This document shows, piece by piece, positions 25,389 through 37,620 of a stretch of 64,000 nucleotides of DNA. Made by a program: the position numbers and the translations under genes. Origin of the DNA: Octopus vulgaris (taxonomy: Eukaryota); the NCBI GenBank assembly GCA_951406725.2, contig OX597826.1:63178001-63242000 (forward strand), read 5' to 3'. The notes below the pieces were generated by a model. The model made no database searches, had not been told where the DNA came from, and worked only from the letters and a program-made list of their open reading frames with translations. Numbering within the stretch: the first letter of the stretch is position 1; the number at the start of each line of letters is the position of its first letter.

Positions 25389-26400
25389 ATGCTGCGAGCA
25401 CCAGAGACAAAAGAATTGTCTGATATTCAAAGAGAACGCATTGCAGGTCAATCTGAGAACGGACTTAAGCTGGCTTAAGATTACACAAAACCTTGCGATT
25501 CCTTTTGCCAAAGTCAACAGAGTAATTGCGCAATTCACCAGTAATGGAAAAATAACAACAGCTTTCGGTTCAAGTCGATCTGGGCCCACTGACAGGTGAC
25601 TTCGAGATATCAAACGGATAGTTGAAAATACTTATCCCCGTTGTAAGGCAGCAGATGTTGCAGAGCAAATCCAGATGAGTTGGAGTACTTTTGTGAAATA
25701 TCTCCATCAGCTTGGCTATTATGGCAAAGCAGCGAAAAGGAAGCCTCTTCTTCGACCAGCAAGTATATACAAAGAGAAAAGGAGTGGACAAATGAGATAT
25801 TAGAGGTATCCATAGGGTTCTGGGAAACTGGGATATTCTCCGAATAGATCCGCGCAAATTTTTGACAGTGGGTGTGTGGGAATCTTGAGACTGCCAAATC
25901 AAGAGTTTGTTATACGTCAACAGCAAATAACTTAGAAACAATGCGATTTTTTGGTGACGGTCTGTAGAGAAATTCGAAGCCCTGGTCGTTCAGAACTGGT
26001 GGAATGTATTGACAATATAAACTCAGAATAATACATCTCCATCTTTCAGAAACGCCTTCTCTCATTTTTCTCCAGGAAACAGATGGTAAAAAAAATTACA
26101 CATTTATGGAGGGTGACGCCCCATGTCACATAGCTAATACGACTAGCGACCGACAAGAGAAAAAAACAGAATCAGAAGAGCCCCTTGGCCAAGCCAGTCT
26201 CCTTATATAAACCCTATTGAACACCTTTAGGGCATACTAGATAGAGCAGTGCCATAAAAGCCATGATAACCAACATCAAAGACAGATTTGTTCACTATGT
26301 GAGCAGCCTGGGCATAAATTTCACAGGAGACAATTTTTTGAACTCCTTAGTTCGTTGCCCAAACGTGTTAAATTATTACAAACTGTAGAAAGCTACTAAA
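25389..26400 (+). pseudogene. Tc1-family transposase relic
   Basis: [13 protein letters not shown] (HTH start), RKPLLR, GDAPCH, WPSQSPYINPIEHL (cf. WPSQSPDLNPIENLW); disrupted. Confidence 0.85.
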
Positions 26401-26757
26401 TACTAGGTTAATAGTATGTAGTCTACTAAATACTAGGTTAAGTATTTAAATACATTAAGTAATGCCCGTGAGTCAGAGCGGCTATTCCTGCGCATGTCCC
26501 TCGCCAGCTTCCGGGATAACGCCTTTTTCCAGTTTGTCTTCTGGGACCATGGGGCGATCTGAACTGCAGGAAATTTTAGTTCCGGTTTTTAAAGTTGCCC
26601 CATATAAACAACTTCGAACTGCCATTAGTACCAGTAATATACTTTCTGGGAGTATATCTTTCAAAACTGGTGGGTGTCTGTTTACTTTTGAGAGGAATGA
26701 TGCTCTGTGTGTGTATGTGAGTGTGTGTGTGTGTGTGTGTGTATGTGTGTGTGTGTA

Positions 26758-26811
<54 letters not shown>

Positions 26812-27409
26812 AATATGTATATATGCAATACATGTATGTTGAAGGTTTCCCTTAAGTGTGTGGATTTTTATACACCTGGAACTGTGAACTGTGAACGTCT
26901 CAGGGTATGTGAGTGTATATAAAGTATCAAGAACGGTGGGTATATATATATGTGTCGAAGTGTAAGCCACGCATGGGTATGTGGTCATAGTGATGATGGT
27001 GATGAGGTGTGTTGGGCTACAGTGGGGATGGTGTTGGGATGGCGTTAGGATTTTCTTTGGTTGGTTGGTTGGTTGGTTGGCTTGATGGTGATGGACGATG
27101 GTGGTGGATGGTTGTGATGGTGGTCAGTGGTAATGGGCACATGATGATCATCAGTGATGAGGGTGGACTTGATAGGTGAAAGAATTCTTTATAATTCTGT
27201 GAGTTTTATTAGAATCAGCGCCGAGAACAAGACCAAACAAGTAATACACGTCACTATCAACAAACATGTTTTAGGTTGTTTTTTTTTTTTATAGTTTTGT
27301 TTTATTTTGATTTATGTTTTTATTTTTGTATTGTTTGCTTTCTTTTTTTTTTTATTTATTTATTATTTGCCTTTTTTTTTTATTTATTCTTTGGAGTTCT
27401 GTAGCTAGG

Positions 27410-27905
27410 GCAGCGGGTGTGTTTTGGGTGGAAAGTGGTGGTGGCTGTATAAGCAGAAGTGGAGTTTTGTGTGTGTAGAAGTAGTGTTTTTTTGTGGGTA
27501 GTAGAGGTGGAGTTTTGTGCGGGTGAAAGTGGTGTTTGTGTGTGGTTTGAACAGATCTATATTTTTCATGAAAAAAGTTGGTGATGTTTTCTCTGTGTAA
27601 ATTGCCTTTTTGGAGCGTTGAAGTAGCGTGTTGCATTCGTGTGAAACTAGTATCTTTGTCTAAGTAAAACTAGGCTTTGTGTGGGTGAAAGGAATGTTTG
27701 TGCGGGTAAGAAAAATAGTGATGTCTTGCTTGTATGTGTAAGTAGGATTGTGGTTTATTTATGTATAAAAGTGGTATTTTTCATGTTTGAAATGGTATCC
27801 GAGGAAGCGGTATTTTGTGTCGGCACAAGTGGTGTTTTGTGCGGGTAGAAGTGGTGTTTTGTGTGTGGGCCAAATATATCTATATTTTTCATGAAAAAAG
27901 TTGTG
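27410..27905. repeat. Degenerate ~22-bp minisatellite (GTGGTGTTTTGTGTGGGTAGAA-like)
   Basis: Recurrent unit; internal duplication ATCTATATTTTTCATGAAAAAAGTTG at ~27554 and ~27878. Confidence 0.75.
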
Positions 27906-28633
27906 TATATATACTGTTGCTGTTAACCGCTGGGTAGTTATACCAAGACAATAATTCACAGTAATTATTCCTGGTGGAAGCCCTGTAATGCTACTGGGCA
28001 AATTATTCTTTTTTTTTTTTTTGTGGTTTGGATAGAATTTTTCTTAGAGTAGGTATTTACATGTTTTGTAATTGATTACTCTTTTTTATTTTTTTTTATT
28101 TATATTTTTTTTCTCACAGCAGTAAATGTCCTTCATATAACTCAAACATCCGACCACGTAGATGGCGGATGAGTCCACTGCCTGTCTATGTTAACATCCG
28201 ATAAAGTATCGGAGACAAAGTAAAATGATGAGTCTTGCTCAAGGCTGTTATAATACTACATTATTATAATTAGTTTGTTGGGTGTTTTTGGTTTTTTTTT
28301 TTATCGAAGCTTGACAGAAAATAGTTGCTAGAATTCATGCAGAAAAGAATGTCTCTTTAAGGTGGGTAGAAAGACTTGTTTAAGGACACAATAGAAATAC
28401 CTAATTATATTTTTTTAAACTAGATAGAAAAGTTTGGTCAAGATTATAAAACAATGTTTGTTTTGTTTTGTTTTGTTTTTTTTAATAGACAGAGACAGAG
28501 AGAGAAAGAAGACTAGTGTATGTCCAAAATAGGTTCCCTTTAAAAAAAACACAATGGGGAAAGTCTAGCTCAATATTATATGGACAAATAGTAAACTGAT
28601 TTAAATATGTAATGTAATTTAAGCAAATTGGGA

Positions 28634-28707
<74 letters not shown>

Positions 28708-28760
28708 TTCTATTTAATTTTTGTTGTTTAGTTCATTGGTTTTGTCCTGTTTCGTGAAGT

Positions 28761-31675
28761 CTATTGGTTATAGACTTGTCTGAATTGTTCGTGTGTGTCT
28801 GATGGATTCACGTTTTGGTCAAGTCTGTTGTTAGAACCCATTTGAGGCATTTCATCACCAAAGTAGATAGGATTCACGGCACCATGCATGCCAGAGCTGC
28901 TTTTTGGTAGCGGCACGAGACTGTCTGTAGAATATGCAAAATTACTGTCGCTTGTAATAGAAACCGTGGTGTCCTGGCTGTCTTTTCTACTATTGTTAGA
29001 CAAGATGGAATAAGAGAATGGTCGCAATTCTTCTCCATCCGCTTCTTTGTCTTTTAATATATCAGAAATACACGAGATTGTCGGCTGTTTTGAAATACCG
29101 TTTGAGGACTTTTGCATCGTGCTACCATTTGTTTCTGAGAATCTTTGTATTGCCACACCTTCATCAGAATACCATGTGCTCGAGCGAGGAATTCTTGTGA
29201 GTGTGAAATCTTCAAGTTTCATATGAACGTTTGGTGTATTGGTTAAGTCGAATGTCTGCGTATGCTTCCTTCTATAACATTCACGTAGAGCTACAACTAA
29301 GCCTATGACCAGCATGGCAACTATAGCTGAACATGCAATGGTGATTACACTCGTTTTAGAGTCTTTCTCGTAAGCGTTTGACTGTAACTCTTTCTGAACG
29401 CTTGGTTCGGCGATCGTTTTCAATTTCACGGCTGAATAATGAAGCTCGCCTTGCTTGGAAATCACACTGATATTCAGTTTTTTTGAACCAACTAACTCTT
29501 TGAAATTCTCTGTAATTCTTTTAGTTACGGTGTTGAGGAGAGTGACATATACGTGAACAGAGGCACATGTTAAGTTATGTACAACGACAGAGTCGTAGCT
29601 GATCGACAGTTTGCGACTGACTATGTAACGGATATTGTCTGAGAACTGCCCGTATAAGTGTCTCTCCGCGAGGGGAGTGCACAGGCCATTGAAAACTATT
29701 TCAAAGGTTTTGTTGCGCGGAGGAAGCGTAGTAGATGCCCCTAGGGGTGTTGAATTCGTCGTTTTTATAACCGTCTTCGTCAGGTGAGAGACGTGCGTAT
29801 GCATTTGTGTCTCACTGTTTGACGGTGTGATGGAATACACAGTAACTGTAGAACTATGCTTTGATATCGTGGAATCGGCTGACAAAGTCTTCGAGGATTT
29901 CAATAATTTGGAATATTGCGTTGATCGAGATAATATCGGTATTCCAATTTGTGAACTTGAGACAGACAGAAGAACAGTGTTCGTTGTGGAAAAGGCTAAA
30001 CCCGACGTGTTTGATGCGTTAAAATATGTCCTCGACATATTTACTTTCGTTCTTGTTGGAATAATTTCAGTGACAATTGTTGTCAATGCTGAATGCAATT
30101 CAACAGAACTTGTGTACATTGACATGGTATTATAGCTTGTAGAATGTGACGGTTTCAACAGTTCAAGGTGAGATAAATTGGATGACATGTATGGAGACGA
30201 TGTGACTGATAAAGTCAAAGATATTGGTTCAGTTTCAGAAGGAATGACAGTTTGGGTTAAACTAATCGGAGATGAGGATTCTAACAAGCTGTCAGTGACC
30301 CTCACATTTGATGTTGCCAACTCAGGAAAAGCTGTGGAGCTTTTGTTGGAATTCGAAGACAATGAAGTCTCCGTGAATTTTCCGGATTCCAAAGAGCTAC
30401 TCCATTTCGTCTCCACCAATTCTGGATTTAGCGTCGGTGTTGATATTGGGGAAGTTATTTCATATGTGCCATCTGTCTTCTGTGATTCAGAAGACAACAA
30501 TGTCGCTTTAGAATTTGGTGTGAAAGGAAGAGAAGTGGTTTGCTGAGAAGCGGAGCTGCCTTGGCTAAGTAATGACACTGAGCTGTCTTGTGGAGTAGAT
30601 TCAATTCTCGAAGACAAACTCAGAGAAGAGCTTGAGACTAAGAAGGGTTGGCTGTTTATTCTCGAAGCAAAGTCGGCTTGAGAGGAAATCGTATTTGTAG
30701 GAATATTGTTTGTACTGGTTGGCTGATTGGTCGGTGGTACCATAGGAGGAACTGAAGATGTGCGGCCGGGGTCCCCCGACTTATTTCTACCAACAAATAA
30801 AGTTGTAGATGGCGTCACTGAATCGGCTGATGATGGTATATTTGGTTGAGTCGTGAGCCTGACTGGAGGAGAAGTGCTCTGATCTGAAGGAGTGACAGAA
30901 TGCGTCACAGAACTTTGCGATGACTGTGCAGTCAAGTGTGTGCCTTCTGACAACATGACCCTTGAAGGGACTAACAGCGTCGATGTGACGTCGGTTTTTT
31001 GTGGAGTTGCAAGTGAAGGCGAAGGCTGTATGGTTGAGGAATGTGCTGATGAAATCATGTCGGAAGTCATCAATGGAGTCAAATGAACATTAGCTAACGA
31101 CGAGTGGGAAAACATTTTCGTAGACCTCTCGACATGCTCAACTTTATTTACGACACTGCTTGAAAGGACGACAAAAGATTTTGATGGCGGATGTTCTTGC
31201 TCCGTAGATGTGGTAGTAGGAATAAGCACTGACCCAGCCGAAGTACGTTGCGGTGACAAAGCTGTTGAATCATCGGTGAGTTTTACGGACTTGGTAGGGG
31301 TCATAGTATTCTCTGGTATTATTGGCAAACTTCTTGAAAGTACCGGTGTTTCTGTTCTCAGTGATTTCGGTAAAGCATGTGTAGGTGTTCCTGCCAATGC
31401 AGAAGTATCATGTAATAATGAACGAGTAGATCCGGTAATTCCATATAATGTAGATATGGAACTTTTTGACAACGTTTTTGGTGCTGTCAGTGTTTGAGAA
31501 GGTTCCAAAGATGTTTGGCTCTTGAGAGCGTCATCTGAAGAAGGAGGAGAAGAAACTATTTGCGAAGTGCGTAATGTGTTACTGGCCGCCACCGAGGAAC
31601 TTAATATCTGTGTTTGAATAGGATCTGTTAGAGTCTTGCTCGGCTGCAGTCTCTGGCTACCCATACTAGTCACAC
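28761..31675 (-). CDS. Last coding exon of a type-I transmembrane mucin-like protein (Ser/Thr stalk, SEA-like domain ~29410-29720, TM 29287-29349, cytoplasmic NPIY 28863-28874)
   Basis: 2.9-kb non-repetitive open frame; acceptor ttttctcttgtgtcttttgttgcag at 31676; TM VITIACSAIVAMLVIGLVVAL followed by basic RECYRRK; TAG stop. Confidence 0.93.
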
Positions 31676-31781
31676 CTGCAACAAAAGACACAAGAGAAAA
31701 TATGATATGAATACAACAGGTACGCATCTTGAAGGACCAATTAAATTTGGTAGAAAACTAAATTCGATTTTTTCAATAATA

Positions 31782-32214
31782 CCTATTTCTTTACTACCCA
31801 CAAGGGGCTAAACACAGAGAGGACAAACAAGGACAGACAAACGGATTAAGTTGATTATATCGACCCCAGTGCATAACTGGTACTTATTTAATCGACCCCG
31901 AAAGGATGAAAGGCAAAGTCGACCTCGGTGGAATTTGAACCCAGAACGCAGCGACAGATGAAATACCTATTTCTTTATTACCCACAAGGGGCTAAACACA
32001 GACGGCACAAACAAGGACAGACATAGGTATTAAGTCGATTACATCGACCCCAGTGCGTAACTGGTACTTAATTTATCGACCCCGAAAGGATGAAAGGCAA
32101 AGTCGACCTCGGCGGAATTTGAACTCACAACGTAACGGCAGCCGAAATACCGCTAAGCATTTCGCCCGTTAAGCATTTCGTCTGACGCGCTAACGTGTCT
32201 GCCAGCTCCCCGCC
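31782..32214 (-). mobile_element. SINE family B nested dimer, 14-bp TSD
   Basis: TSD TTTTTTCAATAATA 31768-31781/32215-32228. Confidence 0.93.
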
Positions 32215-32756
32215 TTTTTTCAATAATATCGGCTCTCTTCAGACGTTTGTATGTACTTGTGAGCGCGCGTACGCACGCACGTGTGTGCGTGCAGGTTGCG
32301 TGTGTGCCTACGTGTTTGTCTGTAAAGAAAACAGCATATTTGCTATGCGGGACATCTAAAGATTTCGGTGATTATTCATTCTACCGTCTGCTGTTGAACT
32401 AATGATAGCTATTCATTTAGGCATGCAATATTTCAATATATAGAAGTTGTTAGCACAAAGACTAAAATATGTAATTTGATCAGAAACAGATAAAGAAAGA
32501 GAACAGAGACTTGTGTGTGTGTGTGTATTTGTGTATGTATATATATATTAGAATTTGCATCGGAAGCAGCTTAAATAATATAAACATTATCAAAATGACA
32601 TACTTGATGTATGCGCGTCGTTAAACGCTGTGAAGCTGCAGTACTTCGTCCAGGGGAGACCCCCTAAAAGACGTATAGTGTTTAAAAACACAGTATACTT
32701 CAAAGCAAGGAGAAACGAAAGAGAGTGGCAGATATATATGAGAACAGAGAGATATC

Positions 32757-33141
32757 AAGTGGCACTCCGTCGGTTACGACGACGAGGGTTCCAGTTGATC
32801 CGATCAACGAAACAGCCTGCTCGTGAAATCAACGTGCAAGTGACTGAGCAGTCCACACACACGTGTACCCACAACGTAGTTCCCGGGGGAAATTCAGCGT
32901 GACACAGAGTGTGACAAGGCTGGCCCTTTGAAATACGGGTACAACAGAAACAGGAAGATAGAGTGAGAGAAAGTTGCGGTGAAAGAGTACAGCAGGGTTC
33001 GTCACCACCCCCTGCTGAAGCCTCGTGGAGCTTTAGGCTTTTTCGCTCAATAAACACTCACAACGCCCGCTCTGGGAATCGAAAGCGCGATCCTACGACC
33101 GCGCGTCCGCTGCCCTAACCACTGGGCCATTGCGCCTCCAC
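32757..33141 (-). mobile_element. SINE family C, tail type 1
   Basis: GGAGGCGCAATGGCCCAGTGG head; tail shared with 57866 copy. Confidence 0.92.
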
Positions 33142-33208
33142 ACAGAGAGATATAAAACAGGAGGAAAGACCATAATAAAATGTCACACAGTCTGTGCAAA
33201 GTACTTAC

Positions 33209-33257
33209 ATTGTAAGATACAAACAACAAAAACTACTGAACAAGTTGCTGATGTCAT
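33209..33257 (-). CDS. First coding segment (signal peptide MTSATCSVVFVVCILQ/C) of the mucin-like gene
   Basis: AACATGA start; donor T|GTAAGT is phase 1, matching the acceptor at 31675; spliced CDS 2964 nt = 987 aa + stop. Confidence 0.88.
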
Positions 33258-33442
33258 GTTGGCTTCTGTCAATTGTGGTCTGTTCACTTATTTCGTTCAG
33301 ACAGTAGTGTTTGAAATATAGGGGTGTTCGATCCTGGTGAGAGATTCCTTTTAAATTCTTTCTACATGGCTTTCTGTGGATTTATGGTTTGACCGATCGA
33401 TCAATCGATCGATCATTTCAGTCAGTCAATCAATCAAATCAC
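33258..33442 (-). other. 5' UTR part of the signal-peptide exon (contains uORF 33416-33351)
   Basis: Strong acceptor ccttttctctcttctttcatcag at 33443. Confidence 0.75.
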
Positions 33443-33797
33443 CTGATGAAAGAAGAGAGAAAAGGATAGATTAGGAAACATCATAAATCACAGATATCTG
33501 GTTAGAAATATACGAATATGAGCTGCATCAGTGTGGTGAGGCTGCGGATGAAGGACACTGTAATAGGTGAGGTTGTACGATTAAGAAGGGTCAGAGTGGT
33601 GCATGAAAAGTTGGAGATATTCCATTGTACTTTGTATCTTCTATCGCCAATATAGACACCAGGGTACAGTGAAATATTATGTGTGTTTATATATATATAT
33701 ATGTTTGCAGGCATGTGTGTGTACGTATATATATATACATATATTTTTTTCTTTCACTCTTTTCAGTCATTTGACTGCAGCCATGCTGCAGTACCGA

Positions 33798-33886
<89 letters not shown>

Positions 33887-34100
33887 TCGTATCAAGACAA
33901 TTACCCCCCCCCCCATAGTACAATTCCCCCTGACGACAACTACAACCTAGGACAATTACCCACCTTGGCTAATTACCCTCTTTCCAATATATTAAGAAGA
34001 TTTGTACTCAGGAGCAATTTATCCTTGCGCGCGTTACTTCCATGGTGGGGTAAATGTCCTCAACTCATATATATATATATATACGTACATATATATTATA

Positions 34101-34261
34101 GGCGCAGGAGTGGCTATGTGGTAAATAGCTTGCTTACCAATCGCATGTTTCCAACTTCAGTCCCACTGCGTGGCACCTTGAGCATGCGTCTTCTACTATA
34201 GCCTCGGACCGACCAAAGCCTTATGAGTGGATTTAGTAGACGGAAACTGAAAGAAACCCGT

Positions 34262-34337
<76 letters not shown>

Positions 34338-34550
34338 TATGTTTGTGTGTCTGTGCTTGTTCCCCCGTCATCGCTTGACAACAGATGTTGTGTTTACGTC
34401 CCCGTAACTTAGCGGTTCGGCAAAAGAGACCGATAGAATAAGTATTAGGCTTACAAAGAATAAGTCCTGGAGTCGACTTTTTCGACTAAAGGCGCTGCTC
34501 CAACATGGCCGCAGTGAAATGACTTAAACAAATACAAGAATACAAGAGTA
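34101..34550 (+). mobile_element. SINE family A with (TG)n expansion
   Basis: Head, body and tail match family A. Confidence 0.93.
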
Positions 34551-35174
34551 TCTATGCATATATACTAGTTTCATTCTTTGCTAAGCTTGATGACAACTGA
34601 TGATGGTAATATTATTTACGTATTTTTATTTGTGTTTGTATGTGAATGTGTTAGTGTATGTGTATGTGTATTTTGTGTGAGTGTATATTTGTGTTTGTGT
34701 GTGTGTGTGAGTGTGTGTTTATGTGTGCTTGCATATGTGTGTGAACGTTTGATCTTAGAAGTAGAAAAAAGTTCTCGATAGATTAGAAGAGGGGAAAAAA
34801 CTTTTGATGAGTATTCTCTATTATTCTTCGTACGTCGCTGATCACGAAATAATTTGTTAGGTGAGATGATATTTATGATAAAATGAGACAAAATTATGTA
34901 AATTTAATAAATTTAATTAGGGTACCAAAAACTCTAAAATTAAACAAGCCTCCGGTTTACCGAAATAAAATAACACATTGGTTATGGAGTGGTTGCCAAG
35001 GGATAAACGTAACTGCAAATACATTCAATTCGAAGTTGTTGAATTATATCCTTCCAGTCCAAAGCCATTATTCCTAAAAGCGTCAACATTCGGTACTTCA
35101 TTCATTAACATTAATAATTCCGATATTAAAATTATAATGAATGCTCGAAAGTTGTTGCTTTTCCATGACAATCT

Positions 35175-35552
35175 TTTGGAGAGGGATACAAGCGGGTTAA
35201 ATGGATGCTACTCGAGGATGCTACGAATGGCCCTAAATGTGAAATGGCAGCAACACATGACAAATGAATGACTTTATGGAGACCTGTCGAAAAGTTAAAA
35301 CAAAAGATCAGGCAAAGACGGCTGCGACTATCTGGTCACTGCGTGCGCCACCCTGAGCTGGAAGTATCAAAATTCATCTACTTCATGGTGGTGTAAGAAG
35401 AGGAAAGCCTCGTCACACTTGATGCAAGTTGTCGATGTGACAACTTCATAGCAGATACTGTCCTGAAATGCATCCAGGACCTCGAGGCAGTGATGATGGA
35501 CCAAGAAGTGTGGCGAGTGGACCTTGTTGCTGTAGCCCGAGTTGGAACCCGG
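35175..35552 (+). mobile_element. RTE/RTEX LINE 3' end, degraded
   Basis: GCYSRMLRMALNVKWQQHMTNE, RRLRLSGHC; followed by (CAA)n(TAA)n. Confidence 0.8.
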
Positions 35553-35553
35553 C

Positions 35554-35586
<33 letters not shown>

Positions 35587-35607
35587 AATAATAATAATAA
35601 TAATAAT

Positions 35608-35860
35608 TAATTCTTTTTATTGGCCACAAGGGCTGACACACATGATTAGAAAACATAAAGGGACAAAACAGGACGAAAGGTTACAAAGGGTTTTGTCCGT
35701 TTGTGAAAATATCGTGTCAAAACAGTGTAACAATCAAATAATATAACAACGAAAAACTCCCAATAGGGGGAGGCGTTACGAAAAGTTCCTGGTGGAAAAA
35801 CCCATAAAAGCTAACGGGAGACTGGTCAAAAGGGGTGGGGTAGAGAGCCCCTTTCTCCTT
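35608..35860 (-). mobile_element. Probable LINE 3' UTR ending AATAAA-(ATT)n
   Basis: Minus: GTCCTGTTTTGTCCC...AGCCCTTGTGGCCAATAAAAAGAAT then (ATT)n; resembles SINE B tail. Confidence 0.5.
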
Positions 35861-36988
35861 TTATAATACCTTTTTCAATTACAGGCGAAACCAAGCGGAT
35901 ATTTGGACTGTGAATTATTACGGTTAACTACCAGAAATCTTTAGTTTGGAAGTGGTACCAGTCCCAGAATCGTTCTGTATACACTTCATTCAGTGTTCGA
36001 GTATTACTGATTTGTGGAGTTATGTCCAATTGCAGCTCCCGCATGCGAGATGGATCCGATAATGAACCGAGTCCATTGCGATCACTGCCTCACTACTCTC
36101 CTTTAACCGGGGTGAGAAAACAGTTTCTCTCATTCTGGTGGCTTAAGCGAAAGAGGTTATGTCGTGGACAAGGTTAAGAGGTTTGGCGATAAACACTTTC
36201 TCCTTTAGTTGAGCCCACATCGGCTTTTTCCATGAGAACCAAAAGTAGGTGCACTCATCTACTAAATCAGAAGCTTGTAGAGGAAACACTAATCGGGGAA
36301 GCGGGTAAGTCGATAACATCGACCCCAGTATTTAACAATTACTAATCTTATCGAACCCGAAGGGACGAAAGGCAAAGTTGGGCTCGGCGGAATTTGAACT
36401 CAGAGTAAAGACGGACGAAATTGTGCTAGTATCTTCTTCAATAGCCTCGGGCCGACCAAAGCTTTGTGAGTGGATTGAGTAGATGGAAACTGAAAGAAGT
36501 AATTGTATGGAAATTACTGAAAGAAGTAATTGTATGGAAAGGAATGTGTATTTGAGGTGGGAAGTGTCGTCCTCAAGTGAAACGTTGGTGAGAATTTGGG
36601 ATGTGGTATGGGTAGATATGACTATGCTAAGTATTTGCCAGTAGGATGGAAAATGACAACCGCAGAGGGCGCTTGCACTTGATTGTCTGGCAGACTTTGG
36701 CTCTGGGGTGTTCCTCACATGGCCCTAAATGGAGGTCTTCATGAAACAGAAAATCTGTATCATCGATTATCATTTGTATATATATGTATACTTATATTGA
36801 ATTATTTTATCGTCTGCTTTTTCAATGTAAACTTCCACGTCTTATGACTGTCTTTATATGTGCCGCACCACCTCATCACTCGCCCTTATGACAAATAAAA
36901 GATCATCATCGTCATCATCAGGACTTCAAGCTGGCAGGCTCTTGAGAAGGTCGGAAAAATAACTTGCAGGATTTATTTTAACTATTTA

Positions 36989-37047
<59 letters not shown>

Positions 37048-37270
37048 ATAGTAGTGTTATATGTATGTGTGCATATTTAGCTCGTGTACATGCATGTAGC
37101 TAGCTATCCGTCTATCTATCTGTCTATTTGTCTGTCTGTCTACTTGCCTGTCTGGCTACCCTAGTGCATACGTAAATGGAATATCGACGGAGAATATACA
37201 CAACACGTATTCATACATGCAGACAGACACGCACCCACATACACCATAAAACTCACGTGAATATACTCAC

Positions 37271-37317
37271 CTACTCAAACTACAACCAGGTCATCAAAGC
37301 GTGTAGGAAAGGTAAAA

Positions 37318-37356
<39 letters not shown>

Positions 37357-37550
37357 ATATATAAATAACCTTGTTAATGAATAATCTAATATTCTTCCGG
37401 GGTGTAGTATGCTACCTTAAATGTAGTTTCGTGTTTGACAAAAGACAATGCGAGTGGACGATAGAGAGAGAGAGTGGGGGATACGAGAGAGAGAAGTAAT
37501 TTCCAGCAGCCCTTTTCATCAAGTGCCATTCTTTTTTATTCACTCTCAGG
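37271..37550 (-). other. Putative non-coding first exon of the mucin-like gene (5' end uncertain)
   Basis: Consensus donor TAG|GTGAGT at 37271/37270 upstream of the unpaired acceptor at 33443; mostly non-repetitive context. Confidence 0.45.
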
Positions 37551-37620
37551 TGAGTTCACCAGGTGAGGTCATCAAAATACGGTTAGCTGGTGAAGTCACT
37601 GCGAGGTCAAGCAAGGTCAG
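37547..37620. promoter_or_regulatory. Nuclear-receptor half-site cluster with perfect DR4 (37604-37619) and two CAGGTG E-boxes
   Basis: AGGTCA-agca-AGGTCA; AGGTCA 37566; AGTTCA 37553; CAGGTG 37547 and 37560. Confidence 0.5.

Noticed and set aside
29827-31497. Plus-strand ORFs inside the mucin exon
   Set aside because: Antisense shadows of a Ser/Thr-rich coding frame.
33502-33714. 70-aa minus ORF upstream of the signal exon
   Set aside because: Lies in the intron 5' of the acceptor at 33443, starts in microsatellite, ends in a stop with no donor.
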